64,000 nucleotides of DNA. Source: an uncultured Anaerolineae bacterium. Lineage in GTDB: Bacteria; Chloroflexota; Anaerolineae; Aggregatilineales; UBA3940. The position numbers and the translations under genes were made by a program. The stretch lies in NCBI GenBank assembly GCA_964390105.1, contig CAYMGV010000004.1:3951-67950 (forward strand), in the 5' to 3' direction. Within the stretch, counting starts at the first letter, position 1. Each line of letters opens with the position of its first letter. Of the stretch, positions 10,595 through 20,695 are shown piece by piece. The notes under the pieces are model-generated. The model worked only from the letters and a program-made list of their open reading frames with translations, was not told the origin of the DNA and ran no database searches.

Positions 10595-10622
10595 ACTATA
10601 CCCGGTACAGGTAGTGTGTCAA
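10595..10622 (-). promoter_or_regulatory. Sigma70-type promoter of the tad operon
   Basis: Minus strand TTGACA - 16 bp - TATAGT. Confidence 0.7.
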
Positions 10623-10639
10623 GCGTCCCGGTGACGTAC

Positions 10640-10666
10640 AAAGCCCCACACGGTGTGTGAGGCTTT
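10640..10666 (-). terminator. Terminator after the DegS-like kinase
   Basis: Minus strand AAAGCCTCACAC / GTGTGGGGCTTT stem. Confidence 0.65.
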
Positions 10667-10690
10667 CCGGTTTAACACTCAGGCTGGCTC

Positions 10691-11749
10691 TTACTCGTAA
10701 TCAGGCTCAACTTCAATGATGATCTTGGTCCCCTGCCCCGTGCCTGCATCAATAAACAGATTGCCCCCCACCAGGTTGACGCGCTCCTGCAATGCACCAA
10801 GGCCCAGTGCCTCGCTGTTTGAGGAGTCCAGCTTGAGATTACCCGTGCCAAAGCCGCGACCATTATCAGTCACTGTGACACGAACGATATCTTCAGCCAG
10901 TTCAAGCGTCACCTTCACCTCACCTGCGCCACGTTGGTCACGGGCATTGGCAATCAGAGCGGCTACACCCCGGAACAGCAGCACATCGAGATATTCCGCC
11001 AGCCGCATTTCTCGGCCAATCAGCATAAACTCAACACGGACATCACCTTTGTCACTGATATCCGCCACATAGCGCTTGAGTGTTGGCACAAGGCCGAGGT
11101 CGCCAAGCATCATCGGGCGCAGTTCAGAGATGAAACCACGCACCTTCTGGAAGGAATCGTTGGCGGATGACTTTACCTTGAGCAGTTCTTCGCGGGCACG
11201 TTCGGGGTCTTTCTCAAACCACTTAAGGCAAATCTCCGCTTGGAGGATGAAGTTAGTCAGTGAATGAGCCGGGCCGTCATGCATGGCACGGGCCAGCCGT
11301 TCACGTTCTTCTTCCTGCGCATCCATCACTTTGAGGATCATCTCGCGCGCATCGAAGCTCGCTTCATCGCTCTCCTCCTTCCGGTTGAGAAGATCGACGA
11401 TCCGGCCCAGGAACTCCTGCCGCCCACGCAGCACATCCTGCTCCTGCTGGAGCTTGTCAAGCTGGCCGCGTATAGTCAACAATCGCTGCTGAGAGTCTAG
11501 CGCTTCGCTGTAGGTTTCTTTAAGCGTCAGGCGCGGTGTCGTTTCGAGGGCACCTTCCAGCCGCCGAACCTCCCCAATCACCGTCGCGTTGCGCTGGGTC
11601 AGTTGCTCAAGCTGCCCCATTGAGGCATTGATCTTTTGCGTAACGCTATGCAAATCCGCCTGCAGGGATTGCAGTTCTGCCTGCAGTGCCTCGAGCGCTT
11701 CTTCTTTGCCGGTCTTGACGGCCTCGTCGTTTTGCATTTGTGCAGCCAT
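10691..11749 (-). CDS. Soluble DegS-like sensor histidine kinase (coiled coil, HisKA_3, HATPase)
   Basis: AQEEERERLARAMHDGPAH H-box, ELRPMMLGDLGL, DNGRGF, GLGALQERV; long N-terminal coiled coil without TM. Start could be 11749 or 11767. Confidence 0.88.
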   Translation of the reverse strand: MAAQMQNDEAVKTGKEEALEALQAELQSLQADLHSVTQKINASMGQLEQLTQRNATVIGEVRRLEGALETTPRLTLKETYSEALDSQQRLLTIRGQLDKLQQEQDVLRGRQEFLGRIVDLLNRKEESDEASFDAREMILKVMDAQEEERERLARAMHDGPAHSLTNFILQAEICLKWFEKDPERAREELLKVKSSANDSFQKVRGFISELRPMMLGDLGLVPTLKRYVADISDKGDVRVEFMLIGREMRLAEYLDVLLFRGVAALIANARDQRGAGEVKVTLELAEDIVRVTVTDNGRGFGTGNLKLDSSNSEALGLGALQERVNLVGGNLFIDAGTGQGTKIIIEVEPDYE

Positions 11750-11787
11750 TCGTCGCTCATACCTCAATTAGACTAAGTAGGCTCTGC

Positions 11788-12507
11788 CTAGGCATCATCA
11801 TCGGAGCCGGTATCCTTCAACCGGACCCATCCCCGTCTCAAAGCGAACACAGCGGCCTGTGTCCGGTCTTCCACCGCCAGCTTGCGCAGGATGGATGTCA
11901 TGTGGTTTTTCACAGTCTGATGGCTGATATCCAGCACCCGTGCGATCTCTTTGTTACTCAGCCCACGCGTTACAAACTGGAGGATTTCCATCTCACGCGG
12001 TGAAAGCGGTGAGAACGTATCGGCAAGCTCAGCATAATACTGACCTGCAACAGCCTGAACGCCCTGATCCAGCCATGCATCCAGCCCTTCACGATCAAAA
12101 ATCCGATCATGCACCACGAACTTACCTTCCCGCACCAACCGGATAATCTCCACCAGCCGCCCCGGATCAACCTCCTTGGCACAATACGCACTGGCCCCCG
12201 CTCGCATCGCATGGATGACCTGTTCGGCATCATCATAGGCTGTCAACATGACCACCTGTGTCCCGATGCGCTCTGCCGTAATCTGACGGGTCACCTGAAT
12301 GCCGTTCATGAGTGGCAGATTGATATCCATCACTGCAACATCTGGCTTGAGTGCCAGGATCACTTTGAGCGCATCTTCCCCGTTGGCGCTCTGACCAACC
12401 ACCTGAATATCATCGTACAGGTCAATATTCATGATAATGCCCTGTCGAAAGATCGAGTGGTCGTCAACAATATAAATGCCGATTGGAGACTCAGCTCGTT
12501 CCGTCAC
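11788..12507 (-). CDS. DegU-like NarL/LuxR response regulator
   Basis: IVDDH..MDINLP receiver; LSPREMEIL..GLSNKEIA..TVKNHMTSILRKL HTH ending DRTQAAVFALRRGW. Confidence 0.93.
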   Translation of the reverse strand: MTERAESPIGIYIVDDHSIFRQGIIMNIDLYDDIQVVGQSANGEDALKVILALKPDVAVMDINLPLMNGIQVTRQITAERIGTQVVMLTAYDDAEQVIHAMRAGASAYCAKEVDPGRLVEIIRLVREGKFVVHDRIFDREGLDAWLDQGVQAVAGQYYAELADTFSPLSPREMEILQFVTRGLSNKEIARVLDISHQTVKNHMTSILRKLAVEDRTQAAVFALRRGWVRLKDTGSDDDA

Positions 12508-12627
12508 AATTCTATATCCGACTGTTTAATGATGATTAAGGTTGCGGGGAAAATGGCTGATGTATGCTCACTCTCCCTGCGTGATAGTCTATCACAGCCC
12601 TCTGAACATGGGCAAGCAGGCTGTGGC

Positions 12628-14166
12628 TTACCCTTCACATAACCGGTATACAGTCATCGGCCCCGAAGGATTGCCAGGGTAGCCGCCGTTCTTGCTTTCC
12701 TCGGTAGACCAGGCTGGGCAGAAGCGCGCATCGGAGACAAGCCGCTCATAAGCCTCGCTCCAGTCGGGAAACACGATCAGGTAGTCCGCACCCTGGTTAA
12801 CCACGTAATCTGCCAGTGCCTCACCATCATTCATTATCGGGATGACATCGGGTGATACTAACCCCGCGAGATCAATCAATGTTCGAGGAGCATAGTAGCC
12901 CAGCGCGCCGATATCATGCGCGGCCAACACGTCACCGGGGCTGGTGTTATCAGCGATCCACTGTGCCGTCACAACGATCTCATCGCGAATAAAGGTGGTA
13001 TCTTCAACATACGCACCTCGACCCAACACCGGCACCACCGCAATCAGAAGCATGGTGAACATGCCCAGCCACGCCGTACTGCCCAACCGAACCAGGATTC
13101 GGTCAGCCTTTGGGTTCACGGCAAGCAGCATCCCATAGACACCCACTGCCATCAAAAGCGGCATGGTCGGGATGGCGTATCGACCATGCTGGTAGGTCAC
13201 CGGAAGACGTGCCGCATAAACCGCCCAATGAACCAGCACCCAGCCGACCATCGCCGCGACCCGCCAATCCCTCGTTTTGATGGCCTGAATCACAGCGAGT
13301 ACAACACCGGGCAGCACAACAGCCTGCGCACCGATCAGCGAAACCTGCACCTGTGACCAGAACCTTATGAGGTATGAAAGCTGCCAAAGGGACACGTACT
13401 CGGTTTGCTTGGCATAAAACGTGTTAGGAAACAGCGAGCCGCTGATGCGGTTGTTCATCAGCAGGAATGGAACGAGAATGAGGCTGAAACCGACCAGTGA
13501 AGACAGCCCCCATCGCAGCCGCTTCCACAAGGTTTCTCTGCTAAGACCGGGCAGCACCAGCGCCAGCCCTGCGCAGCCACCGGCCAGCACCCCCTCCGGG
13601 CGCGCCAGCATTAACAGGCCTACCAGCACACCAAAAGCCAGGCCGTTTTGAAAGCTCCAGCCCGTTTTTTGCGGATGGTACGTCCGCATCCATACCCAGA
13701 ACCACATCGCCACGGCGGCAAACAGGGCGGTCTCCATGCCAGAGGCCGACGCCCACACCAACTGCCAGCACCACCCTACCCCCAATCCGACCAGCAGCGT
13801 ACCGCCCACGGAGAGATCGTCAAACAGGCGTGCCGCCCCCAATGACGCCGCGACCAGGGTCAGCAGGCCGACGAACAGCGTCCAGAAGTACGGGTCAACA
13901 GGCAGCAGGTAACCCGGCACCAGCAGCGGCACCCACAGGATCGAGGTGGACCCGGTCGAAGGGATACCGGGGATAAAGGCCCACTGCCCGCTTTCCGCGA
14001 TATTGCGGGCATAGGTCTGGTAAATCCAGGCATCATCCAGTGGGTAGCCGCCTTGCCTCAATGCCACAGGCCCGGCCATCAGCACGAAGGCCAGCACCGC
14101 CAGCGCGATCAGCACACTATCCCGGTAGAGCGGAGTCAGTTGGATTCGATCCGTGTGTTCAGCCAT
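12628..14166 (-). CDS. Polytopic GT-C-type glycosyltransferase (DDA-x-I...YARN type)
   Basis: YPLDDAWIYQTYARN, STGSTS, SGMET, RPEG motifs; many TM helices; C-terminal soluble domain with DIGALGY..IDLAGL. Confidence 0.75.
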   Translation of the reverse strand: MAEHTDRIQLTPLYRDSVLIALAVLAFVLMAGPVALRQGGYPLDDAWIYQTYARNIAESGQWAFIPGIPSTGSTSILWVPLLVPGYLLPVDPYFWTLFVGLLTLVAASLGAARLFDDLSVGGTLLVGLGVGWCWQLVWASASGMETALFAAVAMWFWVWMRTYHPQKTGWSFQNGLAFGVLVGLLMLARPEGVLAGGCAGLALVLPGLSRETLWKRLRWGLSSLVGFSLILVPFLLMNNRISGSLFPNTFYAKQTEYVSLWQLSYLIRFWSQVQVSLIGAQAVVLPGVVLAVIQAIKTRDWRVAAMVGWVLVHWAVYAARLPVTYQHGRYAIPTMPLLMAVGVYGMLLAVNPKADRILVRLGSTAWLGMFTMLLIAVVPVLGRGAYVEDTTFIRDEIVVTAQWIADNTSPGDVLAAHDIGALGYYAPRTLIDLAGLVSPDVIPIMNDGEALADYVVNQGADYLIVFPDWSEAYERLVSDARFCPAWSTEESKNGGYPGNPSGPMTVYRLCEG

Positions 14167-14167
14167 G

Positions 14168-15751
14168 TCAGGACCCTTCTGGCAGGATGCGGTACAGGTA
14201 GACCGGCGTTTCTGATTCTGCATCAAAAGTCGATACCAGTTCCAATCGCGAGGATTTCGGCCCATTGAGGTACAGGTCAATCATTTCACCGACCACATTC
14301 TGATCGAGGACCAGGTACTGCGCCCCGTAATGATCCACCGCATCCAGCAGCATGGCCTCATCCCCGGTCGTCACTGGGATGCCTGCCCGCCCGGTATGGT
14401 AATAGAAGCCCGGCGCATTGTTGCTCATCACCGGCGCATCAACCGCGTAGCCCTCAGCATCCAGCACCGCGCCGACCTCGCCGTATACGCGGTCGGCCTC
14501 ATTCCAGGCAATACCGCCGCCTTCCGCACCAATCACCTTGACCCCGACCATCGCCAGTGTGATGGCCGCCGCCACCGCGATCATCATCCCGCCAAACACC
14601 GGGGTTGAACGGTCGGCGTCCCAGTGTTCGATGTGATCCGCCGCCCACCGCACCGTAACCTCAAGCCCCACCGCCGCACAGGCCATCAACGCCGGGGCCA
14701 GTGCCGCGCTTGAATGCAGGTAAGCGCCGCGCAGCCCCACCTGCGCAAAACCAAGCGTCAGCGCGAGAAACAGCAGCCCACCGTAGATTAGGCTGGGTTG
14801 AATTTCACGGCGATCATGCAGCTTCCAGCCCCCCATCATCATCAATGGTATGAGGAACACCAGCCCCTGCACGCCGATCACGGTCATCAGGTTGCTCTTG
14901 AATGCCTCCCAGCGAGCCAGCAGGTTCGGGCCTATACCGGCGTCCAGTGCATAACGAAATGAAACAGGGTTCGGGTAGAGGAAGATGTCCTCGTAATCCA
15001 CCAGCCACAGCGAGGTCAGCGCCGACGCACCCTCACCGGGCAGCAGCATCTCACGGATCGTCCACGGCAGATACAGCACCAGCAGGCCAATTAGCACCGG
15101 GAGGATCATGCCGACCTGTTTTTTTAACAATTCGCCGCGCATCCGGTACAGCATAATCAACACGATGACGACAGGCACCAGCACGCCATCGCCACGGGTG
15201 AGGGCGGCAAACCCCGTCAGCAGCCCAACACCCAGCCACGCCCACCATTTTGAGTCGGAACCCAGCCGCCCGGTCAGATACAATGCCCATCCTGCCGAAA
15301 CCGCAAACGGCGTAAAGGTCTCCGGCAAAGACCAGTACACGGCATAGATGCCGGAAAACACCATCAGCAGGCTCGCGTACCAGCCCGTCCGCCGCCCTCC
15401 GAGCGTGGTCCCCAGCTCAAAGGCCAGCAGCGGCAGTGACGCCGACGCGAGGATATAGATGATCTGTGCGCCTGTAAACGGTGCGCTGGGGAAGATCAGC
15501 AGGCCGGGCAGCGCCAGCAGCGACGCCCCCGGCAGCCAATAGCTGAACAGTGCAACGGGCAGCGCATCGGGTGCGATGAGGTAGTTCCAGAAGTACGGCT
15601 CGACCGCTCCGCCATACCTCATAATCTGCGCAGAGTTGAAGTAATAGTACGCATCAACATACCCCGGCTGGCGCACCAGCCATGCCACCAGACCGTTAAC
15701 GACGCTCCACAATAAAACCAGGATCAGGGTATCACGCAGGCGCAAAGTCAC
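14168..15751 (-). CDS. Polytopic GT-C glycosyltransferase (PMT/ArnT-like)
   Basis: First-loop acidic motif GYVDAYYY, LTRGDG, many TM helices, C-terminal extracytoplasmic domain. Confidence 0.75.
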   Translation of the reverse strand: MTLRLRDTLILVLLWSVVNGLVAWLVRQPGYVDAYYYFNSAQIMRYGGAVEPYFWNYLIAPDALPVALFSYWLPGASLLALPGLLIFPSAPFTGAQIIYILASASLPLLAFELGTTLGGRRTGWYASLLMVFSGIYAVYWSLPETFTPFAVSAGWALYLTGRLGSDSKWWAWLGVGLLTGFAALTRGDGVLVPVVIVLIMLYRMRGELLKKQVGMILPVLIGLLVLYLPWTIREMLLPGEGASALTSLWLVDYEDIFLYPNPVSFRYALDAGIGPNLLARWEAFKSNLMTVIGVQGLVFLIPLMMMGGWKLHDRREIQPSLIYGGLLFLALTLGFAQVGLRGAYLHSSAALAPALMACAAVGLEVTVRWAADHIEHWDADRSTPVFGGMMIAVAAAITLAMVGVKVIGAEGGGIAWNEADRVYGEVGAVLDAEGYAVDAPVMSNNAPGFYYHTGRAGIPVTTGDEAMLLDAVDHYGAQYLVLDQNVVGEMIDLYLNGPKSSRLELVSTFDAESETPVYLYRILPEGS

Positions 15752-17235
15752 GGGGTTTCGCCTCCATCTGTACGGGTGTATAGCACAGCGAGGTCATCCT
15801 CATGGGCCAAATCCCATCCGGGCTGCATCCTGAGTGCGGCATCCAGCGTGCCGCCCGCTTCGATCAGCGCGGCATTGACCCCATACCCATCGAGGATCGC
15901 ATCCCAGCCGTCGAGGGCATAGGTCACCTGCACATATTCAAGAACCTGCCCGTCACCGTACAGGTCGGTCCGTCCATCGATGAACACCGGCACCTCCGGG
16001 TGCCGCAGGATCAGGTAACCGCCCCAGTTGTAGCTGTTAAACAACACGACCGGCTCGGGCAACTCATCGAGGTGCACCGCCGCCTCGACCGGGAAACGCC
16101 CGGCCTCGGCGAGTTCAACCTGTTCCGGGCTGTACCAATAGGCCAGCATTGTCAGCGTCCCGACACCAAACAGCACCAGTACAATTACATTTACCAGACC
16201 CATCACCGGGGTCACCGGGCGGGTCCAGTTCCGGTTGCGCACGCCGCCCAGCCAGTCATCGAGATACAGCGCCAGCACCGGGGCGCACACCAGCGCCATG
16301 AAAGGCACGGTGCGCCATGACATCAGCGCCAGCAGACCAAACCCCACCACGAGGATCAGGTGACGGTCATCCAGCCGCCGTGCCGAAAGGCCCGCCGCCG
16401 CCAGCGTCCCGGCCAGCATGGCGTACAGCAGCCACGCCTCGATGCGGCCAAAATCCGGCGACGCCCACTCCTCAATGAACAGCGCCTCGGCGGTGCGGCT
16501 GACCGTCTCAATGGGCAGCAGCAGGTAGCGCGGGCCATAGGGGTTCAGGACGCCAATGGCGATCAGGCTCAGAACCGTGATCAGCAGCAGATGCCCCACC
16601 GTTTTCCACACATCCGCCGGGGTATCTTCCTGCGTGATGCGGGCCGTCAGCCAGCGCAGGGCCTCACCGACCGCAGCGAGGGTCAGGAGTACGATCCCCA
16701 TCGCCCAGCCACCGTGCAGATTAGCCCAGGTCAGCAGCAGCAGGATGGCGGGCCACAGGGTCGCCCGCTGCCCTTGTTGATAACGCCACAGCATCACCCA
16801 TAAGCCAGCAAACCACACGAATGAGATCATTTGCGGGCGAGCATTCCAGAACACCGCCGAAGCCATCGCCGCGAGGACCAGCACCACCGCTTCGAGCAGC
16901 GGGTCCACATCGATGACCTGCCGGACGATCAACAGGCCCGCCGCAGCACAGGCCGCCACATAGAGCGCCATGCCCGTCATGCCGAGCGGCGCATACAGCG
17001 CATAGAGCAGCACGTCCATCAGCCAGAACTCATTGAGCCACGCCCGCCCCGTGATGGTGTGTGACCAGAAATCCTGCTGAAGGATGGCGCGGTTCTCCAC
17101 CATCCAGCGGCCCGATGCGAGGTGCCAGTACATATCGGTGTCATAGGTCGGGCGCATGGCAATGATCGCCACACTGACGACCACAGCGCCCAGCAGCACC
17201 CACCCTAACCGAACCTGTCGCAGCCGTCGGCTCAT
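15748..17235 (-). CDS. Polytopic membrane protein, probable GT-C glycosyltransferase
   Basis: DTDMYWHLASGRW, RPQ, WANLHGG, IEEW, YNWGGYL, FIDGRTDLY motifs. Confidence 0.72.
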   Translation of the reverse strand: MSRRLRQVRLGWVLLGAVVVSVAIIAMRPTYDTDMYWHLASGRWMVENRAILQQDFWSHTITGRAWLNEFWLMDVLLYALYAPLGMTGMALYVAACAAAGLLIVRQVIDVDPLLEAVVLVLAAMASAVFWNARPQMISFVWFAGLWVMLWRYQQGQRATLWPAILLLLTWANLHGGWAMGIVLLTLAAVGEALRWLTARITQEDTPADVWKTVGHLLLITVLSLIAIGVLNPYGPRYLLLPIETVSRTAEALFIEEWASPDFGRIEAWLLYAMLAGTLAAAGLSARRLDDRHLILVVGFGLLALMSWRTVPFMALVCAPVLALYLDDWLGGVRNRNWTRPVTPVMGLVNVIVLVLFGVGTLTMLAYWYSPEQVELAEAGRFPVEAAVHLDELPEPVVLFNSYNWGGYLILRHPEVPVFIDGRTDLYGDGQVLEYVQVTYALDGWDAILDGYGVNAALIEAGGTLDAALRMQPGWDLAHEDDLAVLYTRTDGGETP

Positions 17236-18902
17236 CGCAGGGCCTCCTCGATATAACCAGGTGGATCGCCAGGACCACCACTGTAGATGCCCAGTTCGGG
17301 CGGTGTGATATGCTCACTCAGATCATGGAACACGGTGTAAGGTCCCACCTCCGCGACCCTGTAGGTGATGCCCAGCACATCAAATCGATCCCGGAGGCGC
17401 TCATCCAGTTCAGGCAGGTTGGCGGTGATATAAGCCGGGTTCTCTGCCGCGATCACGTCGAGCGTGTAATCCGGGTAGCGATCATAGCCGTAGGTGTAGA
17501 TGAGGCTTTCCTTATCGGGCAGCAGCGGCGAGAACGTGAGGCGGTCGCCGGTCAGAAAGGCAAACCGGAACGTTACCCAGTAGTTGCTGTAGGCATGGGT
17601 GATGCCGTGATTATCCATAAAACCGATCAAGTCCTGATCGTATTCATGGGGCAGCCGCGTGACCGCGTCAAACTGCGTAGAGAGTCCCGGCGGATCCTCA
17701 AGCGCACTCCGCAGCACCCCCCACCCGTTGAACCCCGCAATCAGGATCAGGAAAACGAGGACCACATCACCACGATAGGGAACCCGGTTACGGTCGAGAA
17801 AGCGCGGCACCGCATCAGCGACCAGCACGGCCAGGGCTGGATACAGTGGCAGAAGATAGCGCCCGGTGGGGTCCGCGCCAAACGAGGTCAGCAGGTACAG
17901 CAGCGGGATCACAACAAGGCTGCCGGCCAGCGTGCCGACCTTCAACCGCCGCTTCACACTGACAGGATCGGGGGCCACATCACGGGCCTCCAGCCATACA
18001 GCCATGCTGTAGATCGTCATCAGCAAGATACCAACCGGCAGCGCAATCCACACAACGGACCACGGCGGTCGCAGCCCGACCAGCGCCGTCAGATTGAGGA
18101 AGATCAGGTTAAACAGCCGCTCAAAAACGGTAAGCTGTACCCCGTAGCGGCTGCCGACCAGATCGCCAGCAGTAACCTGAAACGACGTCACCAGCCCCCA
18201 CCACCACGGCAGCGCCCCGATCAGGAAGCCCGTCAGCCCCATGCCGATGCCCGCCCACGGCATGGTCCTGCGTCGATGCAGCAGGCCCGCCACCCCCAGC
18301 GGCAGCAGTACGCCGATGATCAGCGCCATCGACCACCACGCCAGCCCCGCAATAAGACCCGCTACCAGCCACAGGTAAAGCGGCACCCCTTGATCCAGCA
18401 GCAGCCGCCAGCCCAGCAGCAGCAAAACGCCGCCAAACAGCAGCGTTTCGACGTAATTACCCAGCGTGGAGGCGGTATACAGCGTGATCAATACGGGAGG
18501 AAGGGCCAACATCACCAGCGTGATCGCCAGTGATTCAAGGCGGGGTGAGACCTGCCACGATACCCGCGCATAGACCGCAATCACCACAGCATACAGCACG
18601 GCTTGCAGCAGCCGCATCGCCCCCACCGACGGCCCAGACAGCGCGAACAGTGGCACGGCCAGGTAGGCGTCCAGCGCGCCCATGTAACGCTGACCATAAA
18701 AAAACAGGGGGAAGCCGCGTCCGTGCAGGATGTGTCGCGCCATCAACCCGAGAATCGCTTCGTCTGAGTCAAATGAGATGCTGCCCGCAAAATGCAGCCC
18801 TGCGCGGATCACCAGCATCACGACGATGGCCGCCGTGGTCATAACGACGGCCTGCCGCATCACGATACGGGTCTTCGTTTCTTGATCCTCAGAGGCAGCC
18901 AT
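17232..18902 (-). CDS. Polytopic GT-C glycosyltransferase (PMT/ArnT-like, DSDE motif)
   Basis: FDSDEAILGLMARHIL..PLFFYGQRYMG, RYLLPL; multiple TM helices. Confidence 0.78.
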   Translation of the reverse strand: MAASEDQETKTRIVMRQAVVMTTAAIVVMLVIRAGLHFAGSISFDSDEAILGLMARHILHGRGFPLFFYGQRYMGALDAYLAVPLFALSGPSVGAMRLLQAVLYAVVIAVYARVSWQVSPRLESLAITLVMLALPPVLITLYTASTLGNYVETLLFGGVLLLLGWRLLLDQGVPLYLWLVAGLIAGLAWWSMALIIGVLLPLGVAGLLHRRRTMPWAGIGMGLTGFLIGALPWWWGLVTSFQVTAGDLVGSRYGVQLTVFERLFNLIFLNLTALVGLRPPWSVVWIALPVGILLMTIYSMAVWLEARDVAPDPVSVKRRLKVGTLAGSLVVIPLLYLLTSFGADPTGRYLLPLYPALAVLVADAVPRFLDRNRVPYRGDVVLVFLILIAGFNGWGVLRSALEDPPGLSTQFDAVTRLPHEYDQDLIGFMDNHGITHAYSNYWVTFRFAFLTGDRLTFSPLLPDKESLIYTYGYDRYPDYTLDVIAAENPAYITANLPELDERLRDRFDVLGITYRVAEVGPYTVFHDLSEHITPPELGIYSGGPGDPPGYIEEALR

Positions 18903-18926
18903 CAGACCTCCCCTTCGGCGAGGCTG

Positions 18927-19895
18927 TCAGTTTACGGGTTTGCGGGCGTAAGCGGTCACAAGGTCACCGAAGTTGAGAGGCACAGCCCAATCTTCCAGCC
19001 CAACAAGGCGAGCCGTTTTCAGGATCAGGTTGGCAAGGAAGGGGCTGTAGGCTTCCAGCCGTGTGGTCAGGTAACCCAGGTGCAGGTAGCGACCCTGCGG
19101 TTTGACCATCGCCACCTCGAAACCCACGTCTTCCAGCATCTTTGCCAGCGTCCGGCGCGAGAAATAATAGATGTGCATCTCCATGTACCATGGCCAGCGC
19201 TTGCCCATTATCCGGGAAAACAGGCTGTCGATATCCATGGTATGCACCGCGATCCAACCGCCTGGCCTGAGCAGGTTATAGGCGCTTTCGAGTGTTTCTT
19301 TCGGCTCGGTGACATGCTCGATCACATCCCACATGGTGACCGCATCGAACGTGCCCACGCCGAGTTTCTCCTCATCGTCAGGCAGGCGGCCCTGCACCCC
19401 TTCCAGCCCGAAGGCGTGCATCTGCTCAACGCCCCAGTGCGATGGCTCCAGCCCTGCAGCCTGCCACCCGGCGCGGTTCGCTACCTCAACAAACACGCCA
19501 ATATACGCGCCGACATCCAGCAGACAGCGCCCCTCTCCCGGCCCTGCGAAAGTCTCAAAGCGCTCCATGTGTACCTCAAAGGTGCGCACACGCGCCTCTT
19601 TTTCCTTCAGGTAGACGGGGTCCTCAAGGGTTTCGTAGTTCTCAGCGATGCTGCGCGCCGGGGGGCGTGGGTTGGCAAACACGAAGCCGCAGGTGGCACA
19701 TGTCACGATACGGGAATGGACACCGTAACCGGGGTGCGTGCAGCGATAGGCCTTCCAGGCATCAGGGTCATCTTCCGGTGGCAGTGTGGAAGGCAGATGA
19801 ACACGATACTCGGTTGATCCACACAGGTTACAGGGGATTTCCTGCCCGGAAACAAGGGATGCGTCAGTGGATGGTGTCACAATTCTATCTTTCAC
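18927..19895 (-). CDS. Class I SAM-dependent methyltransferase with an N-terminal Zn-binding region
   Basis: CNLC...CATC pairs, LLDVGAYIG SAM motif, DVIEH, LLRPGG, HIYYFS. Confidence 0.9.
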   Translation of the reverse strand: MKDRIVTPSTDASLVSGQEIPCNLCGSTEYRVHLPSTLPPEDDPDAWKAYRCTHPGYGVHSRIVTCATCGFVFANPRPPARSIAENYETLEDPVYLKEKEARVRTFEVHMERFETFAGPGEGRCLLDVGAYIGVFVEVANRAGWQAAGLEPSHWGVEQMHAFGLEGVQGRLPDDEEKLGVGTFDAVTMWDVIEHVTEPKETLESAYNLLRPGGWIAVHTMDIDSLFSRIMGKRWPWYMEMHIYYFSRRTLAKMLEDVGFEVAMVKPQGRYLHLGYLTTRLEAYSPFLANLILKTARLVGLEDWAVPLNFGDLVTAYARKPVN

Positions 19896-19899
19896 GATG

Positions 19900-20637
19900 T
19901 CAGGAACGGTTCAACAGGCGGCGGCCAAACAGCCGCAGCACGGTATAGATGGCCCTGGTAATCTCCTGCCGGGAAATCTTCGACTGCCCCTGCTTGCGAT
20001 CCTCAAAAACAATGGGGACCTCACCCACAGTGAAACCCGCCTGCTGAACAAGAAACAGCATCTCTACCAGGAAGGAATAGCCATTTGAGAAAATGCTGTC
20101 GAGCGGGATAGTCTTGAGTACGTTCGCACGGTAACAGCGAAACCCGGCGGTGGAATCCCTGGCGCGCAGGCCCAGCAGTGTACGGGCAAAGGTGTTCGCC
20201 CCGGAACTCAGGATAATACGACGCAGCGGGAAATCAGGCGTGCCACCACCCGGCACATAGCGTGAGCCGATCACAAGGTCATAAGATGCTGAGGCCGCCA
20301 CCATATCAGGGATATAGCGAGGATGATGAGAGAAATCAGCATCCATCGTCATGATACGCCTGGCATCCAGTTCAAAGGCACGTTTCATCCCTGCGCGGTA
20401 GGCCGTCCCCAAACCCAGCTTGCCTTCACGATGAATGACATACACGCGCCCCGGGTGATGCCCGGCAAGTTGATCCGCTATCTCGCCGGTACCATCCGGG
20501 GAGTTGTCATCCACGATAATCACCGAGACCTCAACCGGCAGATCCAGAATCAACGTGACCAGCCGCTCGATATTCTCGCATTCATTATAGGTCGGGACGA
20601 TCACACAGGTTTCTATCACAATCAGCAGCTTTCGCAA
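19900..20637 (-). CDS. Polyprenol monophosphomannose synthase-like GT2 (Dpm1/Ppm1 family)
   Basis: PTYNE, VDDNSPDGT, KLGLGTAY, MDADFSH, IGSRYVPGG, DSTAGFRCYR; start may be GTG 20619. Confidence 0.93.
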   Translation of the reverse strand: MRKLLIVIETCVIVPTYNECENIERLVTLILDLPVEVSVIIVDDNSPDGTGEIADQLAGHHPGRVYVIHREGKLGLGTAYRAGMKRAFELDARRIMTMDADFSHHPRYIPDMVAASASYDLVIGSRYVPGGGTPDFPLRRIILSSGANTFARTLLGLRARDSTAGFRCYRANVLKTIPLDSIFSNGYSFLVEMLFLVQQAGFTVGEVPIVFEDRKQGQSKISRQEITRAIYTVLRLFGRRLLNRS

Positions 20638-20695
20638 TTCATCAGATCAGCGATAATACTACGAGGAGAAATCTTAGCAACTCCCACCGCGGGCG

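Noticed and set aside
17310..19817. Long plus-strand ORFs of 407 and 341 aa
   Set aside because: Antisense shadows of well-supported minus-strand genes with no recognisable motifs
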